Notes under the pieces: generated by a model
What the model was told of the DNA's origin: nothing
Seen by the model: the letters and a program-made list of their open reading frames with translations, nothing else
The model's database searches: none
Virus record (IMG/VR): IMGVR_UViG_3300011115_000717
Coordinates: 32,001 to 96,000 of that record
Origin: a virus
DNA length: 64,000 nucleotides
Direction: 5' to 3' (one strand)
Shown: piece by piece, positions 1 to 10,127 of the stretch
How the letters are laid out: every line of letters starts with the position of its first letter
Position numbering within the stretch: the first letter of the stretch is position 1
Made by a program: the position numbers and the translations under genes

Positions 1-1
1 T

Positions 2-640
2 AATCTTGATAGTGCTACTGGCAACGCATCAATCATGAACGAAAGATTTCGTGAGCACAGATTTTCCAACACCCATCGCAAATCAGCCTTACAAATAGCC
101 CCACCACACGGGACACCAGATACAATCAAACATTATGTTGGTTGCGCTCAATCACATATTGATATTTTAGAGGATATGCGATATGATTGTCCTCTTCTAA
201 TTTTAGAAGACGATGCTGAATTTACACCAGATTTTCATCCTCAAATCGAAGTAAAAGATGATACGGATGCTGTGTATCTTGGAGTTTCTTCTGGTAACCA
301 ACATTATATTACTAAACGTATAGATAAACATTATATGCGTATTGGTAAAATTTTAGCAACACACGCAATTTTATATCTGAATAAAGATTATAGAAAAACT
401 GTTGCTGACATAGCTAAAATTTTTGCTTATAGATTAAAGATTCCATTTGATAATGGATGTGCATTAGTACAAGAAAGATTTAATGTTATTACTCCAAATA
501 AACCTTTTTTTGTTCAAGCTAATGCAAGACAAAGTGCTAATCAATGGGAAGTAGTAACCTCTAAACCATTGGTAGACAAGAATAGCGAGTTTCCTATTCG
601 AGACCAAAATGTTAAATTAGAAATACAGGTGCCAGCATGA
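2..640 (+). CDS. Glycosyltransferase, GT25-like (5' end truncated by window edge)
   Basis: GCAQSH and LILEDDAEF motifs; the frame is open upstream of the ATG at 35 (..NLDSATG.., typical GT25 N-terminus). Confidence 0.65.
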   Translation, partial: NLDSATGNASIMNERFREHRFSNTHRKSALQIAPPHGTPDTIKHYVGCAQSHIDILEDMRYDCPLLILEDDAEFTPDFHPQIEVKDDTDAVYLGVSSGNQHYITKRIDKHYMRIGKILATHAILYLNKDYRKTVADIAKIFAYRLKIPFDNGCALVQERFNVITPNKPFFVQANARQSANQWEVVTSKPLVDKNSEFPIRDQNVKLEIQVPA

Positions 641-1425
641 TATCATGTCAAACTATAGGAACTAATGGTAGATTTGGTAACCAAATGTTTCAATATGCTA
701 CTCTTTATGCTTTAGGTAAAGAATTAAATTATAAGATTGGTGTACCATATAAACAACGTAGTCCAAACGATAAATTAGATTTTTGTTTGTCAGATGCGTT
801 TGACCTGTCGGCATCAGATTCATCTCAAAATTTTATGAGTTCTATGTATATAGAACCTCACTTTAATTATGATGCAAATATCCATAATATTCCAGACAAT
901 TGTGATATTAGAGGCTATTTTCAAACAGAAAAATATTTTAAAAAGTATAAAAAAGATTTAATTAATAAAGAATTTAAATTTAAACAATCTATAGAAACTC
1001 AAGCAAATGAATTATTTGCAGGAAAAAATTCTGAATTAGTTTCTTTGCATATGCGATTAGGTGATTATTTAAATGTACCAGAATGTCACCCCGTATGTTC
1101 TATTGAATATTACAAAGAATCTCTTAAATTAATACCTGCTGATGTACAAATAATATTGTTCAGTGATGATTACGGTGTTGCAAATAATATTATTAAACAT
1201 TTAGGTAGACATGTAATGATGTATGGCAGCAATGATAAATTTTTAGATATGTGTTTAATGACAAAATGTGAATATCATATTATTGCAAACAGTTCATTTA
1301 GTTGGTGGGGATCTTGGTTATCGAATAGTAAAAAAACCATTGCACCAAAACAATGGTTTGGCTCTTCACCAAATATGCCAAAAAATTGGGATAGTATTTA
1401 TTCTGACGGCTGGGATATTGTATGA
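637..1425 (+). CDS. Alpha-1,2-fucosyltransferase, GT11 family
   Basis: GRFGNQMFQYA, GYFQTEKYF, HMRLGDY, IIANSSFSWWGSWL signature motifs. Confidence 0.9.
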   Translation: MISCQTIGTNGRFGNQMFQYATLYALGKELNYKIGVPYKQRSPNDKLDFCLSDAFDLSASDSSQNFMSSMYIEPHFNYDANIHNIPDNCDIRGYFQTEKYFKKYKKDLINKEFKFKQSIETQANELFAGKNSELVSLHMRLGDYLNVPECHPVCSIEYYKESLKLIPADVQIILFSDDYGVANNIIKHLGRHVMMYGSNDKFLDMCLMTKCEYHIIANSSFSWWGSWLSNSKKTIAPKQWFGSSPNMPKNWDSIYSDGWDIV

Positions 1426-2219
1426 AAAATTATTCAGATATTACTTTTATAATACCATTGCGATGTGAATCTAAGTCTCGTTTATTAAATTTAGATATTA
1501 TACTTCATTGGATTAAATCTAAATTTAATTCTCCTGTTATTGTAAAAGAAAATAATACTGACCCTATTGGTCAAAATATTTGTTCTAAGTATGATAATGT
1601 ACAATATATATTTGAAAAATCTGACAATACTATTTTTCATCGTACTAAATTATTAAATGATATGATCCTAGAATGTAAAACAAAATATATTTCTAATTTT
1701 GATTGTGATGTAATATTACCAGTAGAAAATTTAAATTTGGCTTTACAGTTATTAAAACACAAATACGATTTTGTATACCCATATACTTATGGTCATGGAT
1801 TTCAAAAAAGAATACATCATTCAAATTGGGAAAAATTTAAAAAATCTTTAAATTTAGATGATTTAAATACAGATTTATGGATAGCTGGGGTCGGACATTG
1901 TTTTATTGCAAAAACTGATAGTTACATTAAAGCATATGGAGAAAATGAAAATTTTATAGGATGGGGACCAGAAGATTTGGAACGATTTAAAAGATTTAAA
2001 AAATTAAATTTTAATACAACACATCTTCCTAATAGTTATTTTATATATCATATTGAACATCTAAGAACACAAAATTCTTGTAATTTGCATTCTGATTTTG
2101 ACAATAATAATAAATTAGAAAAAAAATTAAATTTAATGGATAAAGAAAATATAATTAACTATTATAAAAATTTAGATTATGTTAAAAATCGAAAATTTAA
2201 TAGTGAAATTTCTGTGTAA
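1422..2219 (+). CDS. GT-A glycosyltransferase (GT2 / GT7 C-terminal-like)
   Basis: TFIIP start, DCD motif, GENENFIGWGPED motif. Confidence 0.75.
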   Translation: MKNYSDITFIIPLRCESKSRLLNLDIILHWIKSKFNSPVIVKENNTDPIGQNICSKYDNVQYIFEKSDNTIFHRTKLLNDMILECKTKYISNFDCDVILPVENLNLALQLLKHKYDFVYPYTYGHGFQKRIHHSNWEKFKKSLNLDDLNTDLWIAGVGHCFIAKTDSYIKAYGENENFIGWGPEDLERFKRFKKLNFNTTHLPNSYFIYHIEHLRTQNSCNLHSDFDNNNKLEKKLNLMDKENIINYYKNLDYVKNRKFNSEISV

Positions 2220-2240
2220 TATTTATTATATTATATAAAA

Positions 2241-3233
2241 ATGAACAGAAAAAAAATTAAATATAAAAAAATAATAATTTGGGGTCACCCATTATATTCT
2301 CATACACATTCTTATATTCATGAAGCATATTATAAAGCTTTTAAATATTTGGGATATGATGTTTACTGGTTTGATGATAAAAATTACCCTATTGATTTTG
2401 ATTACAATAATTGTTTATTTATTGGAGAAGGCTTTGCTGCTGATAATTTACCTTTAAATAATACAAGTTGTTATATGATAATGTATTGTCCATCACCGGC
2501 AAAATATATTGAAGCTGGAGTTGGTCGGTATATTGATATAAGAATGGCTGCAACAGATTTTAAAGATCATATACAAGAATATTCTTTAGATAAATCTTTG
2601 GTAACAAATATAGGTCCCTCGTGTTATTATGAGCCAAAGACAAATAACAATATAATAATTAAAAATAATTATGTAAATTATTCAATTAAAGATTTTGATA
2701 AAATTTATATATCTTGGGCTACAAATTTATTACCTTGTGAAATAAATTTTGATGATATGCATCTACCACGAGAAAATAATATATATTATTGTGGAACTAT
2801 ATCATATTCCGGTGAATGTGAAACTGTCTCAAATTTAAATCCATTTATAGAATCATGTAAAGAATATAAAATAAATTTTATACACAATGATTGTTGGCAT
2901 AACCCATTAACAAGTGCACAAGTTATTGAATTATCAAAAAAATCTATTTTGGGTATTGATATTCGTGGGAAAAAACACATAAAAGAAAATTTAGTAACAT
3001 GTAGAGTATTTAAAAATATAAGTTACGGTCATCTGGGGTTAACAAATTCACTTGCAATATACGAATCAATGGATGGTAATTGTATTTACAATATAGATAC
3101 CAAACAACTCTTTCATGATGGTATAAATAATAAAAACAATTATAAATTAATAAAAAAAGGTATGAATTATGTTAAAAATAATCATACGTACCTTAATAGA
3201 ATAAATTCTTTGTTAGAAGTAGTCAATATATGA
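2241..3233 (+). CDS. Putative GT-B glycosyltransferase-like protein
   Basis: AFKYLGYDVYW near N-terminus, CRVFKNISYG and HTYLNR near C-terminus; lies inside the glycan cluster. Confidence 0.5.
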   Translation: MNRKKIKYKKIIIWGHPLYSHTHSYIHEAYYKAFKYLGYDVYWFDDKNYPIDFDYNNCLFIGEGFAADNLPLNNTSCYMIMYCPSPAKYIEAGVGRYIDIRMAATDFKDHIQEYSLDKSLVTNIGPSCYYEPKTNNNIIIKNNYVNYSIKDFDKIYISWATNLLPCEINFDDMHLPRENNIYYCGTISYSGECETVSNLNPFIESCKEYKINFIHNDCWHNPLTSAQVIELSKKSILGIDIRGKKHIKENLVTCRVFKNISYGHLGLTNSLAIYESMDGNCIYNIDTKQLFHDGINNKNNYKLIKKGMNYVKNNHTYLNRINSLLEVVNI

Positions 3234-4168
3234 ATATATTAGTTATAAATCATTCTGTAGAAAATTGTGGCGTATATCAATACGGTAAACGTGTTGGTCA
3301 CATTCTAAAGAAATCAAAAAAATATAAATTTATTTATTTAGAACAAAATTCTCAAGAAGAACTAGATCAAAATATTGAAATATATAAACCAAAAATTATA
3401 ATATATAATTATTTAGGTGGAACAATGCCTTGGGTAAATCCATATACCGTGGCTAACATAAGATCTAAAAATATTAAACAATTTTTAATTGTACATAATG
3501 GTGGATATGCGCAGTTTTTTGATTATTATTTACACCAAGACCCTTATTACAACTCGTCTGATAATATAAATTTTGCTTTAATGCGGCCTTTATTTGATTA
3601 TAAGCCCAAAACAGCAAAACATAATACCAATATTATTAAAATAGGGTCTTTTGGGTTTGGGTTGAGGTGTAAATATATACATGATATATGTAATATAGTA
3701 AAACAACAAATGTCCAATAAAAATGTTGAAATTAATTTACATTTAACAAATGCTCATTTTTCAAATGGAAATGATATAGATGGTATTAAAACAGATTGTT
3801 TAAATATTTTATCTGGTACTAATATAAAATTAAATGTCACAACTGATTTTCTATCCGATAAACAAATTTTAGATTTTTTATATAATAATAATTTAAATAT
3901 ATTTTTCTATGAAAAGTATAATTTTTATAATGGGATATCATCCACTATTGATTATGCTCTTTCGGTAAAAAAACCACTTGCCATATGTCAAAGTAATATG
4001 TTTAGTCATATATGGGATGTTACCCCATCAATTTGTGTAGAAAATAATTCTCTAGAAAATATTATTAATAATAAATTTACTCCGTTATTAGAAAAAGCTA
4101 CTAGTTGGAACAATAAAAATTTTATTACTCATATGGAATCAATTATAGAAAAAGTTTTAAATGTTTAA
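3230..4168 (+). CDS. Putative glycosyltransferase-like protein
   Basis: NCGVYQYG, IGSFGFG, GISSTIDYALSVKKP GT-B-like motifs; cluster context. Confidence 0.45.
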   Translation: MNILVINHSVENCGVYQYGKRVGHILKKSKKYKFIYLEQNSQEELDQNIEIYKPKIIIYNYLGGTMPWVNPYTVANIRSKNIKQFLIVHNGGYAQFFDYYLHQDPYYNSSDNINFALMRPLFDYKPKTAKHNTNIIKIGSFGFGLRCKYIHDICNIVKQQMSNKNVEINLHLTNAHFSNGNDIDGIKTDCLNILSGTNIKLNVTTDFLSDKQILDFLYNNNLNIFFYEKYNFYNGISSTIDYALSVKKPLAICQSNMFSHIWDVTPSICVENNSLENIINNKFTPLLEKATSWNNKNFITHMESIIEKVLNV

Positions 4169-4775
4169 TTCATTAGCTAAACAAGATCAATTTGTAGTAA
4201 ATTTTTTAAATTTTAAAGAATACGGATTTTATGTTGATATAGGTAGTCATTTTTCACAAAAAAATAATAATAGTTATTTTTTTCAAACTTTAAATTGGAA
4301 AGGTTTGACCGTTGAAATAGATAGTATCTATAACGAAAGTTATCTTACACGTAAAGATAATACACATATAAACCAAGATGCATGTCTAATTAACTATAAG
4401 TTACTTTTTAAACAATGTAATTTTCCAAAAACTATTGATTATCTTTCATTAGATGTAGATGAATTGAGTTTGTCTGTTTTACAAATATTACCTTTTGATG
4501 AATATAGTTTTTCTATTATTACTATAGAACATGATGCTTATTTACATGGTGATACGTATAGATTACCACAACGAAATTTGTTAAAAGACCATGGATATGA
4601 TTTAATTTGCTCAAATGTTTTTGTCGAACAAACTGGTTATAATATTAAAAATTCTCCTTTTGAAGATTGGTATATTAAACCAGAATATTTTGATAAAACT
4701 TTGATAGAAACAATTCGTAGTGAATCAGAGTACCCGTCCCAAATATTAAACAAATTTAAAAATATTAAAAGATAA
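4161..4775 (+). CDS. FkbM-family SAM-dependent methyltransferase
   Basis: SLAKQD, FYVDIGS, WKGLTVE, IDYLSLDVD, ITIEHD, FEDWY. Confidence 0.8.
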   Translation: MFNSLAKQDQFVVNFLNFKEYGFYVDIGSHFSQKNNNSYFFQTLNWKGLTVEIDSIYNESYLTRKDNTHINQDACLINYKLLFKQCNFPKTIDYLSLDVDELSLSVLQILPFDEYSFSIITIEHDAYLHGDTYRLPQRNLLKDHGYDLICSNVFVEQTGYNIKNSPFEDWYIKPEYFDKTLIETIRSESEYPSQILNKFKNIKR

Positions 4776-4781
4776 ATTTTT

Positions 4782-5549
4782 ATGAAACCACAATTGGGTG
4801 TCATGTTAACATGTTATGACGAAATTGAAGCTGTAAAATATGCTGTTGAACAATTTAGAATATATTATCCAGATACAAAAATTTATTTAGTTACTGAAAG
4901 TAAAGAACAACAATATATTAAAATTTTTAAAAATGATAAAAATATTAAAGTTAATTATGTAGAAGATAGTATGAGTTTTTATTATAATACTCCAAATTTA
5001 CCTATAATATACCAAACAGCTGATATCCAACTTAAAATTAAAAAAGCAGTTTTATGTTTTTTAACACGATTAAATGATGCAATAAAATATTGTGATTCTG
5101 ATTATATGCTTTTAATGGACCCAGATGTATTAATACGAGGTCAGCTTACTATTTCCAATGAAAAAAAATTATTAGGATCTCTTGCTAATTCTGGTGTCCC
5201 TAATAATATTAAAAATATTCTATCTAACATAGAAGGTGCTATACCTATAGATCGATGGGGAGCCACTCCAGGTATATTTCATACAGAAACATTCAAAAAA
5301 GCTTATTTAAAATTTTTAAGTATAGAAAATTTATTAACTCAATTAACAATGAATTGGTATGCTATGTATGCTCATGATATTATTATACCAATAATGTTTT
5401 CTTTAATTGGAGAAAGAGAATATTACAATAATGATTTTATTGAATGTAATACTGACCCAAATTGGAAAAATACAGATAAAAAATTAGTGCATCATTTTAA
5501 AAAATATTATAAAAACGCAACATATAAATTTCCTTGGTGGAGAGATTAA
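4782..5549 (+). CDS. Putative GT-A glycosyltransferase
   Basis: N-terminal GVMLTCYDE; LLMDPDV DxD motif. Confidence 0.5.
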   Translation: MKPQLGVMLTCYDEIEAVKYAVEQFRIYYPDTKIYLVTESKEQQYIKIFKNDKNIKVNYVEDSMSFYYNTPNLPIIYQTADIQLKIKKAVLCFLTRLNDAIKYCDSDYMLLMDPDVLIRGQLTISNEKKLLGSLANSGVPNNIKNILSNIEGAIPIDRWGATPGIFHTETFKKAYLKFLSIENLLTQLTMNWYAMYAHDIIIPIMFSLIGEREYYNNDFIECNTDPNWKNTDKKLVHHFKKYYKNATYKFPWWRD

Positions 5550-5550
5550 T

Positions 5551-6177
5551 ATGAATATACATGAATTTTTTGCAGAAAACAATTTAGATGAAAGAATAAG
5601 AAATACATATTTTCCAGATTATACCTATAAAGGAACTGTCATAGAAGTTGGTGCTGCAACGCCTTCATTTCTTTCATTTTCAAAACATTTTGCCTTAAAT
5701 GGTTGGAGGGCTATTTTAATTGAACCCAATCCATATTTTGTTGAACAACATAAAAAATTATCAAATGAAATTTATGAATATGCTTGTTCTTATGAAGATG
5801 CAGATAATGTAGATTTTACTATCTACCATCAAAATATCGGTGATATAACAGACCATTCGTTTTCTTCTTTTTATTTAAAAGAAGAATATCAACTAATGTC
5901 TAATAATATTGCTCAAACTTTAAACACTACTTCTATAAAAGTAAAAACTAGAACTTTAGATACTATTATAAAAGAAACAAATATAACTAATATTGATATT
6001 TTATCTATTGATGTTGAAGGTTGGGAATTAGAGGTACTACGGGGTTTAACCATTATGAAACCTAAAATTATAATTTTAGAAAATTTATTTAATTGGCCAA
6101 GCTACAGAGAATATGTATGTAGTTTAGGTTATACCTTTGTAAAACATGATACCTTTGATGATATCTATAGTTTATGA
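5551..6177 (+). CDS. FkbM-family methyltransferase
   Basis: VIEVGAA, GWRAILIEPNP, IDILSIDVEGWELEVLRGL. Confidence 0.88.
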   Translation: MNIHEFFAENNLDERIRNTYFPDYTYKGTVIEVGAATPSFLSFSKHFALNGWRAILIEPNPYFVEQHKKLSNEIYEYACSYEDADNVDFTIYHQNIGDITDHSFSSFYLKEEYQLMSNNIAQTLNTTSIKVKTRTLDTIIKETNITNIDILSIDVEGWELEVLRGLTIMKPKIIILENLFNWPSYREYVCSLGYTFVKHDTFDDIYSL

Positions 6178-7100
6178 ATAACATAGCATTTATTACAGGA
6201 ATTTTAGGACAAGATGGAACCTATTTACGTAAGATTCTTTTACAAAAAGGATTTACTGTTATTGGGTTTGACAGAAATATAACAGCCAAAAATAATATTG
6301 ATGATGGTGCAATAATTTTAGAAATAAATTTAACAGACCGAACAAATGTTTTAAATTTATTTAAAAAATATTATCCCTCACATGTTTACAATTTAGCAGG
6401 TGTTTCTAATGTATTTGACCCTTGGAAAAATACAAATGAAATGATTCAACATACAATACAAATACCTCAAAATTTTATGGATTGTATAATGACGGTTTCA
6501 CCTAATACAGTATTTTGTCAAGCTTCTTCGTGTTTAGTTTTTGGTAATACAGATACAAAACGACAAAATGAAAAAACTTCTCGTTCTCCTTTATATCCTT
6601 ATGGATTATGCAAAAATTTTATTGATGAATTAATAAAAAGTTATAGAGAAGAAAAGGGAATGCATTTTTGTTCTGCTATTTTATATAATCATGACTCACC
6701 ATATAGAGGAAATAAGTTTTTTATAAAAAAACTAATAAATTTTGCAAAATCATTAAAAAACAATAGAAATCAAAAAATAGATTTTTTTAGTTTAAATGTT
6801 TTAAAAGATTTAGGTTTTGCTGGAGATTATATGGAAGCGTTTTATTTAATGTCTCAAGCAAAGATTAAAGATGATTATATTATTTCGAGTGGAAAACTTA
6901 CAAATTTATTAACTGTAGTTGAACAAGTTTCCCAGTTAGCTGAATTAAATATACTTGATTATATCAATATAAATAATAATGTAAAACACAGTGAAGCATT
7001 ATTATTTGGCGATAATTCTAAAATTACAAATGAATTAAATTGGCAACCCTTGGTACAATATAATGAAATTGTTGATTTGATTTGGAATACTAATCTTTGA
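6174..7100 (+). CDS. GDP-mannose 4,6-dehydratase-like SDR lacking the catalytic Glu (possible 4-ketoreductase)
   Basis: ITGILGQDG, YNLAG, YGLCK (YxxxK), NHDSPYRG, DLGFAGDY; has QASSCLVFG where gmd has QASSSEMFG. Confidence 0.75.
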   Translation: MNNIAFITGILGQDGTYLRKILLQKGFTVIGFDRNITAKNNIDDGAIILEINLTDRTNVLNLFKKYYPSHVYNLAGVSNVFDPWKNTNEMIQHTIQIPQNFMDCIMTVSPNTVFCQASSCLVFGNTDTKRQNEKTSRSPLYPYGLCKNFIDELIKSYREEKGMHFCSAILYNHDSPYRGNKFFIKKLINFAKSLKNNRNQKIDFFSLNVLKDLGFAGDYMEAFYLMSQAKIKDDYIISSGKLTNLLTVVEQVSQLAELNILDYININNNVKHSEALLFGDNSKITNELNWQPLVQYNEIVDLIWNTNL

Positions 7101-7147
7101 GTGTTTATTGTATATTACTATGTATTTTTTTATAAAAAAGGATCGAT

Positions 7148-8374
7148 ATGAATAAAATGTCTTTATTGTCAATGGGAAATTTATATGTTTCAGATTTTTT
7201 AGCAGAAGGTGAAAAACCGCGTGGTGGAAAATATCCGTTAGAAATGGTTTTAGACCCACAACTTAATGCCCCAAGATTATCTACAGTTGCCCCCAGTGGA
7301 GTAATGTATGGTAAATATTGGTATAGATCGGGTATTAATCTATCTATGAAACACGAATTAAAAAATATTGTAGATACAGTTATATCACGATATGATCTTG
7401 TAGAAAATGATATTTGGTTGGATATTGCTTGTAATGATGGTACTTTATTATCATATGTCCCTAAAACTTGTATTAGAGTTGGAATTGATCCAGCTGATGA
7501 TACTTATGTTGCTGAATCAAAACAACATGCAAATGTAATTATTCAAGATTATTTTTCAGTTAATTCATGGAAAAAAACAGTTTTTGGTGATAAAAAAGCA
7601 AAAATTATTACTTCTATTGCAGTATTTTATGATTTGGATGATCCTACATCTTTTGTTAAAGATATTAAAAATGTACTTGATATAAATGGTATGTGGGTAT
7701 TACAATTAAGTTATACTCCCCTCATGATTAAACAAAAGGCATTTGATAATATATGTCATGAACATGTTTACTATTATTCTCTTGAAAATTTAAAAATCTT
7801 ATTTGATTCGTGTGGTATGAAAATTGTTGATGTAGAATTAAATGATGTTAATGGCGGATCATTTAGAGTTTTTGTTATGAACAAAGATGCAAATCAAACT
7901 TCTTATGGAACTGCACCATTACGGGATGTAGCAGATTATCGTGTTGAATCTATGTTGGCTTATGAAAAATCTTTAAATCTATCCAGTAAAAAAACCTGGG
8001 ATGATTTTATGGTAGAAATTTCTAATTTAAAAACACAAGTTGTTGAATTTATTAAACAAGCTAAAAAAGATGGTAAGCGAGTATGGGGATATGGAGCATC
8101 TACCAAAGGAAATACTTTACTTCAGTATTTTGGTTTAGATCATACTATGATTGATGCAATAGCAGAACGAAGTTCCTATAAATGGGGTCTAAAAACTGTT
8201 GGAACTAATATTCCTATTAAATCTGAAGCAGAAATGCGAGAAGAACAACCAGATTATTTACTTGTACTTCCTTGGCATTTTATTTCTGAATTTATTGAGC
8301 GTGAAAAAAATTATTTGGGTAAAGGTGGTAAATTTATTGTTCCGTGCCCAAATTTTCAAATTATTGGTATATAA
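7148..8374 (+). CDS. NDP-hexose C3-methyltransferase-like protein
   Basis: LDIACNDGTLL, FDNICHEHVYYYS, YGASTKGNTLLQY, PDYLLVLPWHF, GGKFIVPCP. Confidence 0.85.
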   Translation: MNKMSLLSMGNLYVSDFLAEGEKPRGGKYPLEMVLDPQLNAPRLSTVAPSGVMYGKYWYRSGINLSMKHELKNIVDTVISRYDLVENDIWLDIACNDGTLLSYVPKTCIRVGIDPADDTYVAESKQHANVIIQDYFSVNSWKKTVFGDKKAKIITSIAVFYDLDDPTSFVKDIKNVLDINGMWVLQLSYTPLMIKQKAFDNICHEHVYYYSLENLKILFDSCGMKIVDVELNDVNGGSFRVFVMNKDANQTSYGTAPLRDVADYRVESMLAYEKSLNLSSKKTWDDFMVEISNLKTQVVEFIKQAKKDGKRVWGYGASTKGNTLLQYFGLDHTMIDAIAERSSYKWGLKTVGTNIPIKSEAEMREEQPDYLLVLPWHFISEFIEREKNYLGKGGKFIVPCPNFQIIGI

Positions 8375-9331
8375 ATGAAAATTGCTTTAGTTGGTCCGGG
8401 TATTATGGAAATCCCCCCTCCCCGTTGGGGGGCAGTAGAAATGGTTATATGGGACTGTGCAACCATTTTACGTAATGCTGGGCATTCGGTTTCCATTATT
8501 AATACACCAAATACACAAAATATTATTGATGAAATAAATAATGATACTTTTGATATTGTACATCTTCATTATGATGTATTTGCTTATATTATGCCTTTTT
8601 TAAAAGCAAAAGTTAAAATTATATCAAGTCATTATCCCTTTATAAATAATATTGCTCAATATAAATCTGATGGATATGATAAAGTTATAGGTCATATTAT
8701 TAATAATAAAGATTTTTATATTTTTGCTTCATCGCAAAAAGATATTAATACATTTATAAGTTATGGTGCTGATATAAATAAAACATTTTTGTGTAAATTG
8801 GGAGTAGAAAGCAATTCATATAATTTTGAAACCACACCAACATATAATAAAACTTTATGTTTTTCTCAGATTGTAGATAGGAAAAGACAACACCTAATTC
8901 AAAGTATTGATTCTATAGATTTTATTGGAAGATATGATAATTCAAACTTTACTAATATGAAAGCATATAAAGGTGAATTTGAAAGAAAAACCTTAAACAA
9001 TGAAATAACAAAATATTCTAATTTTATTTTACTAAGTAAAGAAGAAAATACTACACCATTGGTAGTTAAAGAAGCTCTTATATGTGGACTAGGGGTTGTT
9101 GTAAGTGAAGCTGTTGCTTATGAATTAGATACCAGTTTAGATTTTATTTCAGTTATAGAAGAAAATAAAATACATGACTTGGATTATATTCAATTAGTTC
9201 TAGAACAAAATAAAAAAATATCAATTTTATCCAGAGACAGAATTCGATCTTATGGTATAAATAACTTTGATATATCAAATATTATATTAAATGAATATCT
9301 TGTTAAATTAGAAAGTTTATTCAATGTGTGA
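8375..9331 (+). CDS. GT4-like glycosyltransferase (paralog A)
   Basis: IPPPRWGAVE N-terminus; EENTTPLVVKEALICGL (EX7E-type motif). Confidence 0.75.
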   Translation: MKIALVGPGIMEIPPPRWGAVEMVIWDCATILRNAGHSVSIINTPNTQNIIDEINNDTFDIVHLHYDVFAYIMPFLKAKVKIISSHYPFINNIAQYKSDGYDKVIGHIINNKDFYIFASSQKDINTFISYGADINKTFLCKLGVESNSYNFETTPTYNKTLCFSQIVDRKRQHLIQSIDSIDFIGRYDNSNFTNMKAYKGEFERKTLNNEITKYSNFILLSKEENTTPLVVKEALICGLGVVVSEAVAYELDTSLDFISVIEENKIHDLDYIQLVLEQNKKISILSRDRIRSYGINNFDISNIILNEYLVKLESLFNV

Positions 9332-10127
9332 TTATACTTTTTTTTATGTAGTAGGTGGAAAAGATTTATATTACGAACAATTAAAGCTATCTCTTCAAAG
9401 TTTAAAACGACTCAATAAAAAATATAAAGTTAAAATTTTAGATATTGGAAGAAAAATGACTTCATATGAAAATATAGAAGTTATTTATATAGATAAACAT
9501 ATAACAGAAGCACATGTTTTTTGGCAACACAAATATTATTTGTGTCAAATGTTGGATACAAAATATGGTATATATCTTGACTGTGATACTATTATATGCT
9601 ATGATAAGTTAGAAGAACTTTTTTTACAACTTAATGAATCTATTGGTGTTATTCCTCATTTTTATATTCAAAATTTTAATGATGTTTTAAAATATTTTAA
9701 TAATAATAAAGTTCAAGAATATTATATAAATAACCATCATACACCAAATGATTGTTTTTATACAGGTGGCGTGTTTATGTTTTCTAATAATAAAATATGT
9801 AAATCCTTTTTAAAAGCTGTTTATGATTTACATGACAATATCTATGGCAAAACCGGTGCATATATAAATGGGCTTACTGATGAAACATTTATATCTACAC
9901 TTTTAAGAAAATACTCTCATATTAAATTAAATGGTTCAAACAATCATTGTTCTGCAAACATGATGCCGTTAACTTTGTATAATGATATATTAATTGGAAA
10001 AAATCCTTTTGATGAAACCTATGAGCCTATTTTTGTATTACATGGATCTTCAGAGCGACAAAAACAAGGCCAAGATTATGATGGCTTATTAAAAGAAAAA
10101 ATTACAGAAATGTGGAATATATTATGA
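9324..10127 (+). CDS. GT-A glycosyltransferase, GT8-like
   Basis: YLDCD motif, YTGGVFMF, TDETFIS. Confidence 0.55.
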   Translation: MCDYTFFYVVGGKDLYYEQLKLSLQSLKRLNKKYKVKILDIGRKMTSYENIEVIYIDKHITEAHVFWQHKYYLCQMLDTKYGIYLDCDTIICYDKLEELFLQLNESIGVIPHFYIQNFNDVLKYFNNNKVQEYYINNHHTPNDCFYTGGVFMFSNNKICKSFLKAVYDLHDNIYGKTGAYINGLTDETFISTLLRKYSHIKLNGSNNHCSANMMPLTLYNDILIGKNPFDETYEPIFVLHGSSERQKQGQDYDGLLKEKITEMWNIL

